64,000 nucleotides of DNA from a virus. Taxonomy: Duplodnaviria; Caudoviricetes. Where the stretch lies: positions 1,401-65,400 of IMG/VR virus record IMGVR_UViG_3300020577_007535; one strand, given 5' to 3'. The notes under the pieces were generated by a model that was given only the letters and a program-made list of their open reading frames with translations, made no database searches and was not told the origin of the DNA. The position numbers were made by a program, and so were the translations under genes. How positions within the stretch are numbered: the stretch's first letter is position 1; every line of letters begins with the position of its first letter. Shown one piece after another: positions 53,773 to 62,127 of the stretch.

Positions 53773-54805
53773 GCTCGGGTTCTTCGCCGCGCTGGCGCTC
53801 CTGTGCGCCTGTGGCGGCCCCGCCGCCAGCCCCCAGCCGCCGCTTGGCTTCGATCCGCTGGAGGTGGCCACGGGCGGCCCGGGGCAGCCGCGGCACTTCC
53901 CGTTCGCCTTCGACACGAGCCGCGGAGCGCTCGTCGCCTACAGCGAGCACGAAGACGAAGTGATCGCCGATCCGACCGATGCCCTCGTGCGGATCTCCGA
54001 CCGCGCGACAAGCCGCGCGCCCAACTTCTACCTCACCGGGATCGCCGAGCTGCCGGACGGCACGCTCTACGGGGCGAGCTACATCACCCAGGCGATGGGG
54101 CCGCGCGCCGTCCGTTCGTTCGGCTGGACCTCACGCGACGGAGGGGCGAGCTGGCAGCCGCGCCTGGGGGTGGTTCAGCTCCAGCAGCCCGGCAAGGAGC
54201 GCGCGGCCGGCTGGGGCGCGCTGCTGTTCCACCGGCGCCTGCATGTTCTGCCGGACGGCTCGATCGCGGGCACGATGTACGGAAACCACGCCGCCGACCC
54301 AGATGCCTATGTCACGGTCTGGGTAACGTCACGAGACCTGGGCGCGAGCTGGCAGATCGCGGGCGAGGTCGCCGCCGGCGCCGCCGGGCAGGAAGGCTAC
54401 GGAGAGCCCGTCTCTGCGCTGTGCCCAGACGGCAGCATCGTCGTCATCATGCGCACCGGGCACAACACGCCAATGCGCACGGCGCGCTCCCGGGATGGCG
54501 GCCGGAGCTGGAGCCCGGCGCGCGAGCTGCCGTTTATCGGCTGGGACCCGGACCTTTTGCGCGTCGGCGGGAGCTTATACCTGACCTTCGGCACGCCCGA
54601 TCGCGGCGCCGGGGTGCCGGCGGCGGTGTATCTGGCGCGCTCGGAGGACTGCGGGCAGAGCTGGCGCGGCGGCGAGCCGATCGCGGACATCCCGACGAGC
54701 AGCGGCTATACGGGCCTAGCGCTGCACCGCGGCGCGCTCGTCATCTTCACCGACACCCAGGGTGAGCGGGCGATCCGGGGCTTCCCAGCGCCGCAGGTCC
54801 GCTAA
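53753..54805 (+). CDS. BNR/Asp-box sialidase-like beta-propeller with a lipoprotein-like signal
   Basis: Asp boxes SRDGGASW, SRDLGASW, SRDGGRSW, SEDCGQSW; YGEP; signal KLGFFAALALLCAC. Confidence 0.8.
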   Translation: MSSSQTKLGFFAALALLCACGGPAASPQPPLGFDPLEVATGGPGQPRHFPFAFDTSRGALVAYSEHEDEVIADPTDALVRISDRATSRAPNFYLTGIAELPDGTLYGASYITQAMGPRAVRSFGWTSRDGGASWQPRLGVVQLQQPGKERAAGWGALLFHRRLHVLPDGSIAGTMYGNHAADPDAYVTVWVTSRDLGASWQIAGEVAAGAAGQEGYGEPVSALCPDGSIVVIMRTGHNTPMRTARSRDGGRSWSPARELPFIGWDPDLLRVGGSLYLTFGTPDRGAGVPAAVYLARSEDCGQSWRGGEPIADIPTSSGYTGLALHRGALVIFTDTQGERAIRGFPAPQVR

Positions 54806-55032
54806 GGGGTTGGCTGCGCCACCGGGCCGACCGGCAGGTTGCTCGACGCCAGGGCCGAGGGGGGCGGCCGGCGTCCTGAGTGCATCCACAGCCCGACGAA
54901 AAACGCGAGCGCTCCGGCTGCGACCTGCTCGTGATTGGTCTTGAGCGCGTAGAGCGCCAGGCCCACCGACATCACGGACAGGATGATGTTTCGGATGAAG
55001 ATGCGACGGCGGCGCTGCTCGGGGGTCTCCAT
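54802..55032 (-). CDS. Small two-TM membrane protein (holin-like topology)
   Basis: METPEQRRRRIFIRNIILSVMSVGLALYAL...VAAGALAFFVGLWM; TATGGT 7 nt before the ATG at 55032. Confidence 0.6.
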   Translation of the reverse strand: METPEQRRRRIFIRNIILSVMSVGLALYALKTNHEQVAAGALAFFVGLWMHSGRRPPPSALASSNLPVGPVAQPTP

Positions 55033-55113
55033 GGCGGGCACCATACGCCAGGCGCAGCGGACGCGAAAGCAACTTGACAGGCAGGCAGACCCGCGGCTTA
55101 CTCGCTGCCGCTT

Positions 55114-55187
55114 TGCGGTGTGGCGCAGCCCGGTAGCGCATCTGGTTCATACTCAGAGTGTCGGTGGTTCAAATCCACCCGCCGCAA
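55114..55187 (+). tRNA. tRNA with anticodon CAT (Met / fMet-derived / Ile2 unresolved)
   Basis: Full cloverleaf: acceptor TGCGGTG/CGCCGCA, D-arm GCGC-AGCCCGGTA-GCGC, anticodon arm TCTGG-TTCATAC-TCAGA, T-arm GGTGG-TTCAAAT-CCACC. TTGACA at 55074. Confidence 0.9.
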
Positions 55188-55193
55188 CTTCCA

Positions 55194-55228
55194 GGCCCCG
55201 AGAAGAAATCCCGGGGCCTCTTTTTTTT
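55194..55228 (+). terminator. Rho-independent terminator after the tRNA
   Basis: GGCCCCG / CGGGGCC stem followed by T8; at the convergence with the leftward arm. Confidence 0.85.
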
Positions 55229-55814
55229 ACAGCGTGCCGGTCCAGGCGACTTCGCCGGCCATGGGCTGCCCGCACAGCGATGCCAGGCCCGAGCTGGCGC
55301 CCGGCTCGTCCTGCTGGGGCCTGGACCCCGAGCCCGAGCCCTTGGGCTGCCTCCCCTTGCTCTTGCCGGGCTTGCGCTCCTCTGCGGCGCACACGCAGCT
55401 GCGGCTGACGCACCGGCAGCCATACCCGCAGTCCTTGCTCTCTGTGCAGTGCTGCGCCAGCTCCATCGGCGGCGCCAGCGTCATGTCTGGCTCTGGCGGG
55501 GGTACGAGCGTGGGCACCGCGGGGGACTCCGGCCGGGCGAGCATCGGGCGAATCGGCGGACGCACAATGAGCCCGAGCCCGAGCGCGGCGCTGCCGAGGA
55601 AGAACGCAAAGACCGTGTGCCGGCTGAGGCTCTCGGGCATCTCGGGCGGCGCGGTGAGCACCGCTTGCTCGGCCTGGGACTTGGCGAGGCGCTTTCGCTC
55701 CTCGTGCCGGTCCCAGGCTCTCAGGCGCAGCCAGTAGGCGATGGCCTTGATTGCGAGGGTAAAGAGCATGGCCGCCGTGCCGACAATCGTGAGCGCCTGG
55801 GAGAGTTGTTCCAT
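55227..55814 (-). CDS. Membrane protein with a Pro-rich linker and a myxobacterial-type Cys-rich module
   Basis: Two TM segments, then CTESKDCGYGCRCVSRSCVC. Confidence 0.65.
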   Translation of the reverse strand: MEQLSQALTIVGTAAMLFTLAIKAIAYWLRLRAWDRHEERKRLAKSQAEQAVLTAPPEMPESLSRHTVFAFFLGSAALGLGLIVRPPIRPMLARPESPAVPTLVPPPEPDMTLAPPMELAQHCTESKDCGYGCRCVSRSCVCAAEERKPGKSKGRQPKGSGSGSRPQQDEPGASSGLASLCGQPMAGEVAWTGTL

Positions 55815-55862
55815 GCCCGGCATTTTGCAGCTTTTGCAGGCTGGATGGGAAGCGGGGCCAGG

Positions 55863-56069
55863 TCAGCGGCGGCGGGCACGTCGCGCGGCAACCCGGCGAC
55901 AGCGCTGCCGATACGCCTCGTCCGTCTCTTGCGCGCGGCGCCGGAGCCCATACCAGAAGTGCCCGTAGTGCCCGAGCGTTTCGCCCGTGGCCTCGTCAAA
56001 CATCTTCTGCACCATGCGCTCCCGTTCATCGCCTGCGGCCGGCGTCGGCTCTGCTGGCTTCTCGATCAC
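55863..56069 (-). CDS. Small hypothetical protein
   Basis: Overlaps the stop of 56066-56509. Confidence 0.5.
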   Translation of the reverse strand: MIEKPAEPTPAAGDERERMVQKMFDEATGETLGHYGHFWYGLRRRAQETDEAYRQRCRRVAARRARRR

Positions 56070-56509
56070 CCCGGCCCCCGCTGCGCCCGCACGTAGTTCT
56101 CGATCGGGCCGATGTTGGGCAGCAGCAGCCCGACGTGCTCGATCCGCAGGATGCCATCCCCGGACGGATGGGGATCGTGGATCTCCCGGAAGCGCGCCCC
56201 CGTCCGGTCGCTGCGATACAGGACCGAGTGCAGCAGCGCGCCGCGCTTGGTCGGGCCCGAGGCGATGAACACCGTCTCTGGCGGCAGGATGATCCCGATC
56301 TTGCCCTCATGGTCGGCCGGCGCGATCTTCAGGTCCACGTAGAGCACATCGAACTGCGCCAGCTTCTCGCAGGCGACCTCGTACCAGTTCGGCCCGTGCT
56401 CAAGGCACGAGAAATCGATCGCTGCCAGCTCGACCTCGAGGATGGACGCAAAGCATGCGGCGAGGCAGTTCCCGGCGCCGCCGGTGCGGGTCTGGTAGAC
56501 GGGCTTCAT
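56066..56509 (-). CDS. Papain/C39-like Cys-His-Asp fold protein
   Basis: YQT...GNCLAACFASIL, LHSVLY, IHDPHP. Confidence 0.6.
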   Translation of the reverse strand: MKPVYQTRTGGAGNCLAACFASILEVELAAIDFSCLEHGPNWYEVACEKLAQFDVLYVDLKIAPADHEGKIGIILPPETVFIASGPTKRGALLHSVLYRSDRTGARFREIHDPHPSGDGILRIEHVGLLLPNIGPIENYVRAQRGPG

Positions 56510-56673
56510 GGCTTTACCTGTGCAAGCGTGATGAGCGGCTCGTCGATGGGCTCGGGCTCGCTCGGCTTTGGCGGCCAGTTTTTGATGTGCAGGAACCGGG
56601 GAGACGACCAGGCGCGCTTCAGCGTGTCCAGGATGCGCGGGTCAACGGGCGGCGGCGTTGTCAGGATCGGCAT
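56506..56673 (-). CDS. Small Pro-rich protein
   Basis: ATG at 56673 after an AAAGGA SD; ATGA overlap with the next gene. Confidence 0.4.
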   Translation of the reverse strand: MPILTTPPPVDPRILDTLKRAWSSPRFLHIKNWPPKPSEPEPIDEPLITLAQVKP

Positions 56674-57064
56674 GGGCGGACAGTCCTTTCTGTTCTTCTT
56701 CGGTGGGTTCCAGCGCCGCCTGCGCCTGGTGCGCGCGCTTGGTCTTGACCTGAAAGCTTGCGAGCACGGTGGCCGGCAGCAGGTACTGCCCGGTCGGCGG
56801 GTGCCGGGTCTTGGCGAGCAGCCCGTCCCCGCACCACCAGCAGCCGTGCTCCCCCTCGCACACCGCCAACTCCAGCAGCAGCATGTGGAAGCGCCGCTCC
56901 AACTCGGGCGGCGCGCCCCAGTTGAACCAGCAGACTTCGCGGCCAAACTCCCGCAGCTCGGGGGTGTGCTGCGCGCAGCGGGCGATGTGCAGCCAGATCT
57001 GCAGCGCCTGGGGGTGGGTCTTGGCGCCGCAGAGGCACTGCCACCAGATGCCGGCGGGGCTCAC
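56642..57064 (-). CDS. Zn-binding hypothetical protein
   Basis: CLC...H..C and C...GCWWC motifs. Confidence 0.5.
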   Translation of the reverse strand: MSPAGIWWQCLCGAKTHPQALQIWLHIARCAQHTPELREFGREVCWFNWGAPPELERRFHMLLLELAVCEGEHGCWWCGDGLLAKTRHPPTGQYLLPATVLASFQVKTKRAHQAQAALEPTEEEQKGLSAHADPDNAAAR

Positions 57065-57077
57065 TTTCGGCCCCGCT

Positions 57078-57419
57078 TCACTGGTCGGCCCCAGGCTTGG
57101 GGGTCGGCGGATCGTAGACCCACCCGATCGGGTCGGTCCCGTGCCGGATGCGGTACCGGCTGAAGCTCCCCTGCATCTGCTTGAGCTGCGCCGACAACGC
57201 CGGCCCCTGCGCGTCCGTCATCCCGAGCCGCTTGAGGATCTCCGCCAGGCGCAGCGGGTTCATCCCAGGCCGCTTGGGGTCGTGCCGCTCCTTGAGCAGC
57301 GCCACCACTTCTTCAGGTGCCACCACGAAGAGCTGGCCCATCATCGGGCAGCCGGTTTTGTGCCTTCGTGGGGTCTTGGTGTTGCAGGTGCACTTCTTCG
57401 ACGGCGGTTTAGTTTCCAT
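57078..57419 (-). CDS. Hypothetical protein with a Cys/His motif
   Basis: GAGAGGG SD; CTC...HKTGCP. Confidence 0.55.
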   Translation of the reverse strand: METKPPSKKCTCNTKTPRRHKTGCPMMGQLFVVAPEEVVALLKERHDPKRPGMNPLRLAEILKRLGMTDAQGPALSAQLKQMQGSFSRYRIRHGTDPIGWVYDPPTPKPGADQ

Positions 57420-58137
57420 GGGTCCGTACCCTCTCCTCGAATGCCCGCAGCGCGGGCTTTAGCTCTGGGTCGAGCGCCCAGGCGAATCCAATCTTTCCCG
57501 TCATCCCCTGCCCGAGCTGCGCGGCGCCGGCGCCGACATAGAGCGCGCCATCGTGTCCGCGGTCTGGATCGGCGTGCGTCACGAGCAGCCGCGGGATCGC
57601 GCGCAGCCCGCCTTCGCGCAGTTTCCGATCTGCCCACTCCTTGGCGAGCGGCTGCAGCGCTGACCGGGCGCAGCCCTTGACGACGCGGCGGATCACCTCG
57701 GGCATGAAGTCCGGCGCCAGCTCGGGCCCGAGGTCATCGGCGCGCCACAGGCGGCACAGGGTCAGCACCTCCATCTTGTGCAGCCCGAGCACCGCGGTCA
57801 CCGGGTAGGCCGCCGGCAAAAGCGCCAGCGTGCAGACGCCGGCGGCGCCGGCCGGCCCTGGGTCGCAGCCGTCCAGGTCTGCGAGCAGCGACAGCATCAG
57901 CGTCTTGGGCGGAACCGGCCACCGCCCGAGGTAGTGCCGCTCGAGCAGCACCTGGCGCACAAGCGTCCGATCGGATCGGCTGTCTGCCACCCGCAGGCGC
58001 AGCGCCCGGTGGACCCAGCCCCGCCGGCCGGGCTCGGCGCCGAGCGGGAGCTGATGCAGGTAGGACGTCTTCAGCAGCGTGGTGTCCTGCCTGCTGACAT
58101 CGGCCCCGCCGCCGGGCTGTGCGCTGTAGAGGTTCAC
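57409..58137 (-). CDS. Mom-like GNAT-fold DNA adenine-modification enzyme
   Basis: LERHYLG, VLTLCRLW and LLVTHADPDRGHDGALYVGAG match the Mom-family HYL / ELxRL / (Y)ADxxxGHxGxxY pattern. Confidence 0.7.
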   Translation of the reverse strand: MNLYSAQPGGGADVSRQDTTLLKTSYLHQLPLGAEPGRRGWVHRALRLRVADSRSDRTLVRQVLLERHYLGRWPVPPKTLMLSLLADLDGCDPGPAGAAGVCTLALLPAAYPVTAVLGLHKMEVLTLCRLWRADDLGPELAPDFMPEVIRRVVKGCARSALQPLAKEWADRKLREGGLRAIPRLLVTHADPDRGHDGALYVGAGAAQLGQGMTGKIGFAWALDPELKPALRAFEERVRTHGN

Positions 58138-60617
58138 TTCGCGCCGCCCCCGATCAGCTCCCAGGGAATAGGGAGGCCGCCGCGGATAGGTCGATACAGC
58201 GTCCCGCCATACGGAGCAGCCTTGGACTCAAACGAGACGCCCGGGGTCTCATGGGAGCAGAGCTGGCTTTTCCAGGGGATCGCGTCTGTGTACGCATTGT
58301 GATACTCGCCGTTCAGCGCCGACGAGACGGGATCGGAGACCCCGAGCGCTTGGGCCAGCTGCTCAGGCGTCATCCTCGGAACCGCTGAGGCAGCATCCAT
58401 CTTGCCCAGATAGGCCGCGGCCTCGGTCTCGACAGAAGACCACAGGCGATCGAGGGGACGCAGCCCGCAGTTCCTCCAGAGGCGCTCATCGGGGGCGAAC
58501 CATTCATTGCTGCCGCGCCACCGAAAGCAGGGGTCTTCGTAGCGCGCCTGGATCACGTCACCCGTCTCTACCTGCTGCCACCACTTGTGAACAGCGCGCA
58601 GGGCGCGCGTGGGCGGTCCAGGCCGGAAGTCGTGGTCACGACAGAACCCGGCCTTGGAGATAAGGGCGGCGCAGCCAAAATGCTCGCACGACCAAAGGTC
58701 CCGATCGGTGCCCACGACTTTGCCCATGGGGAGGGTCTTGGAAAAGCGCAGGTTGCCCATGATGGGCATCTCGTGCGCGTTGCCCTCAAACAGCATCCCG
58801 CAAAAAACGCAACGCCTCGAAACCAGATCAAAGACGTGCGGCAGAGCATCTCGACGGGTCGGGCAGCGCGTGCCGGTTCCGTGCGCCAGCTTCTCCGGAG
58901 CCGGCACCGCGGCGGCATACGCTTCGTTGTATGCAGCAACCGCATGGTCGATGTCCGAGGACCAATTCTTGAGCAGCGCGCTCAGCTGCTCGGCGGTCGC
59001 CTTCTTCCGTCCTGCGGCTGCATCCAAGCGCCCGAGCCGCGCGGCAGCTTCGCACTCGACGGCCTTCCACGTCTTTCCGCCGTGCGGACGCATGTGCGTG
59101 AAGTCGTCATATGGTGATTCTGGATTCGGACTCCAGGTCTCCCATTGCCCGCAGACAGCCAGCAGGGCTTCGCTGGGCCACTTCGGGCGGTACTCCTCTC
59201 CATCTGGAGGCGCGACCGGCTGATGGCGATAAACGCCGTTCCGATGGATCTTGACGTGCATGCTGCACACGGGTGCCGCGCCGTTATACCAGCAGCGCTC
59301 CGCCCCGAAAATGTTGATGAATTCCCAGAACGGCAGGCGGAGCCGAGGGCCGGTGTACTGCTTGCGGACAGCCAGCTCATTCACGGCGAGCACCTGCTTG
59401 CCCCGTTCGGTCAGCTCGACCTCGACGTCATCATTCAGGTTGATGTTGACGACGCGATCAGTGGGCTCGAACCGCTCGGAGCCGGCGGCCTGGATGAGCG
59501 GCTCGGGTACGGGCTTCTCCGAGCCGCCGCTATCGAAAGCGGGGAGCGTCTGCTTCGGAGAATCCATACCGGGCTTGGCTCTGGCATCGGCATCACCTGC
59601 TTTCGGCTTCTTGTGGCACTCGCACGGGCAGGGGGTCGAAGCGCAGAAGGGACCGCGCCCATCATTGCGGCACTTCTGGCACGGGGTCGGGCAGCTCGTG
59701 CAGGGCCAAGTGTGCTCTCCGACCTGCATCCAATGCGTGTCATTGCAGGTCGCGCAGACGAACTCAGGCTTATCTTCCGCCTCCACCATCCCCACCGGCC
59801 CCGTATCCGCCTCCTCGTACGACTTGACCAAGGCGCGCAGGCGAGAGATCTCGGCCCTGATGCGCTCCTCTGAATCCCACCGCGGGCCAAGCAAGCCGAG
59901 AGCCCTCGCGATGCGGCAGCGCTGAAGGTTGGCAACGGGGTGCCTGTCGAGTCGGCTGCACATGTCATCGATGTCGGCGGCGGCCATTGGGTTGGCGTTT
60001 TCGAGTTCGCGCACCACGGCGCGCAGGCTGTTGCGCTCGGTCTCAAGATCGCCGATGACTACGCGGGCATCGACCAGCTCGCGCTTGAGGTTGTCGCGGT
60101 CGGCCAGCGCCGCAAGCTGTGCGCCGTGGAAGATCCTGGCCTTGGTCCGGAAGCCGCGGGCGCACCGCTTCCAGGCGTGGGCCCACTGGCCGCGCGCAAC
60201 GATCGTTGCCGCCTGGTTGCTTCGTGTGTCGCGCGCCCACATGCGCTCCTGTTCGATCCTAGCCTTCAACCGCCCTACCTCCGCACGGACCTTGGCCAGT
60301 TCGGCGATCAGCGCGTCCCGCTCCTTGCGCAGCCGCGCCGCCTCGCGGTTCCGCCCGGTCTCCTGCTGCGCGAACAGCTTCAGCCGCGCGCCGATCGCTT
60401 CGGCGGGGCTCTGCTGCGCCAGCTTCTGCGGGCACATCTTTGCCAGGGTCACGAGGTCTTTGAGCCGCGCGCTGGCCACGCTGTCCGCTTCTTGCAGCTT
60501 GCGGGTCAGGCTATCCACGGATTCCTGGAGATACCTGTTCTGCTCCGTCAGGATGTTGATCTTGCCGTTAAGAAAGTCGGGGTGATGCAGATCTTCGATC
60601 GTGATCTCTGCGCTCAT
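58134..60617 (-). CDS. Large mosaic protein (coiled coil, Cys clusters, internal repeat)
   Basis: 827-aa ORF coupled to its neighbours by 4-nt overlaps. Confidence 0.65.
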   Translation of the reverse strand: MSAEITIEDLHHPDFLNGKINILTEQNRYLQESVDSLTRKLQEADSVASARLKDLVTLAKMCPQKLAQQSPAEAIGARLKLFAQQETGRNREAARLRKERDALIAELAKVRAEVGRLKARIEQERMWARDTRSNQAATIVARGQWAHAWKRCARGFRTKARIFHGAQLAALADRDNLKRELVDARVVIGDLETERNSLRAVVRELENANPMAAADIDDMCSRLDRHPVANLQRCRIARALGLLGPRWDSEERIRAEISRLRALVKSYEEADTGPVGMVEAEDKPEFVCATCNDTHWMQVGEHTWPCTSCPTPCQKCRNDGRGPFCASTPCPCECHKKPKAGDADARAKPGMDSPKQTLPAFDSGGSEKPVPEPLIQAAGSERFEPTDRVVNINLNDDVEVELTERGKQVLAVNELAVRKQYTGPRLRLPFWEFINIFGAERCWYNGAAPVCSMHVKIHRNGVYRHQPVAPPDGEEYRPKWPSEALLAVCGQWETWSPNPESPYDDFTHMRPHGGKTWKAVECEAAARLGRLDAAAGRKKATAEQLSALLKNWSSDIDHAVAAYNEAYAAAVPAPEKLAHGTGTRCPTRRDALPHVFDLVSRRCVFCGMLFEGNAHEMPIMGNLRFSKTLPMGKVVGTDRDLWSCEHFGCAALISKAGFCRDHDFRPGPPTRALRAVHKWWQQVETGDVIQARYEDPCFRWRGSNEWFAPDERLWRNCGLRPLDRLWSSVETEAAAYLGKMDAASAVPRMTPEQLAQALGVSDPVSSALNGEYHNAYTDAIPWKSQLCSHETPGVSFESKAAPYGGTLYRPIRGGLPIPWELIGGGAK

Positions 60618-60928
60618 GTTTCTTCTCCATCGCCACTCACGGTGACCGCCGGCTTTTCCTTGATCGAATCGCGGGCGGCCGATGCCGTCCGAATCACGTC
60701 CTCGAAGATCGAGCGCAGGCGCCAGATCTCGGCCTGCTGGCGCTGCGCGAGTTCCACCAGGTCATGCCGCGGTGGCAGGGCCTTGATCTCCTGCAGGATG
60801 TCAACGCACAGGCCCACGCAGTCAGGGCAGATGAAAACGCCCGGGCCCGAGATGAGATGCCGGGCCCGGCGCTGCTCCTGGCCGCAGAAGCTGCAACTAA
60901 ACCCGTGGTCCTTTGCTGTCGCGGTCAT
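60614..60928 (-). CDS. Stand-alone ClpX C4 zinc-binding-domain protein
   Basis: [36 protein letters not shown]; no AAA+ domain follows. Confidence 0.85.
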   Translation of the reverse strand: MTATAKDHGFSCSFCGQEQRRARHLISGPGVFICPDCVGLCVDILQEIKALPPRHDLVELAQRQQAEIWRLRSIFEDVIRTASAARDSIKEKPAVTVSGDGEET

Positions 60929-61230
60929 AGGCTCACCTGCGCGTCTGCCTTGCGCACCTTGCGCTCCAGGGTCTCCCAACTCGTGCCGCGCGGCCGGAAA
61001 GACAGCGGGGCCTCCGCATCTCCTGAGAGCCATGACACGGGGTTCCACTTTGAGCCCTGCGGCCAGGACTCATAGCGGTAGTGCATCCCTGTCGAATCGA
61101 AGATCAGCGCGTCGTGGTCGTTGTCTTCCCAGCTCGGCCAGACGCGGCGGAAGGCGAGCGGGGGCAGGTTCATCCGGAACATCGGCACACTCGCGGCCGG
61201 GGCTGCCTTGGGGCGCTTGGGCATGCTCAT
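60925..61230 (-). CDS. Hypothetical protein
   Basis: ATGA overlaps on both sides. Confidence 0.55.
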   Translation of the reverse strand: MSMPKRPKAAPAASVPMFRMNLPPLAFRRVWPSWEDNDHDALIFDSTGMHYRYESWPQGSKWNPVSWLSGDAEAPLSFRPRGTSWETLERKVRKADAQVSL

Positions 61231-62060
61231 TTGCCGAGCTCCGATGCGCGAGCTGCGGCGCACTCCATCCGAAGATAGCGCGAGGCGGGGCCTTCGGGCT
61301 CCAGACGGTCCCGATAGCGCCAGCCATTGGAGGCAACGACGAGGGGCTGAGCGCAGACGCGGTTGATTGCTGCCTTGGCTTCGATAAAGGCGCGGTCGTA
61401 CGCGCTGACCAGGCGGGAGCCCATTTCCATCAAAAGCTCTGCCTGATTGATGCCGAGCTTCAAGAAGATCTCTTCAGCTGAAGGGCGCGCACGGATTCTG
61501 ATTAAAGCGTGCTCCCGCCCCAGCCTTTCGGCGGCTTTCTCTTGTCCATCCCGCTCGATTTCGTCGCGCAGTTCAGCAAGCTCTGCCTCGACCTCCTTGT
61601 GAGCGGCCTTCGTCGAGGTCATCTCTTGCTCGGCCGCGCGTCTTTCTTGCGCCAGCCACACGTTTTTCCCGGCCAACTCGTCGCGCTCCCTGGCTGTGAG
61701 CTGCGCGACCTTGCGCATTTCGCCGCATGCCGCGGCGGCCTGCGCCAGCTCGGCTTCTGCCTTGTTGGCGCGCTCTGTCTCTGCGGCGTATGCTTTGGCC
61801 AGCTCCTCATAGCCATGGCCCAGCATCGGGTAGTACTTCCGGGCGGAGATCATGAAGACCATGTTTCTCGGCCAGTTTTCCCTGCTGGCTTTCATCATCT
61901 TGGGCGGGGCACATGCGACGATGTTTCCGTCTACGGGGGCGCGCGTGCCGATGTAGTCGTGATCGTCGCACCACGGCCCAGGAGTAGCCTCCTCGCCAGC
62001 GGAGACGGCGATGCGCGCTGCTTGCAGAAGCTCAGGGGTGACAGGCGGGTTCATTGCCAC
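61227..62060 (-). CDS. Ead/Ea22-like coiled-coil protein
   Basis: ATPGPW...NMVFMISAR followed by long heptads. Confidence 0.6.
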   Translation of the reverse strand: MAMNPPVTPELLQAARIAVSAGEEATPGPWCDDHDYIGTRAPVDGNIVACAPPKMMKASRENWPRNMVFMISARKYYPMLGHGYEELAKAYAAETERANKAEAELAQAAAACGEMRKVAQLTARERDELAGKNVWLAQERRAAEQEMTSTKAAHKEVEAELAELRDEIERDGQEKAAERLGREHALIRIRARPSAEEIFLKLGINQAELLMEMGSRLVSAYDRAFIEAKAAINRVCAQPLVVASNGWRYRDRLEPEGPASRYLRMECAAARASELGK

Positions 62061-62127
62061 ACCGACCGCGGCAGCACGAGCAGCGCACTGGCGCCGAGCA
62101 GGACGATCATCACTTCGCGAAGGCGCT

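Noticed and set aside
49503-54805. Diversity-generating retroelement or invertible fibre cassette
   Set aside because: No reverse transcriptase, no TR/VR pair differing at adenines, and no invertase or flanking inverted repeats seen.
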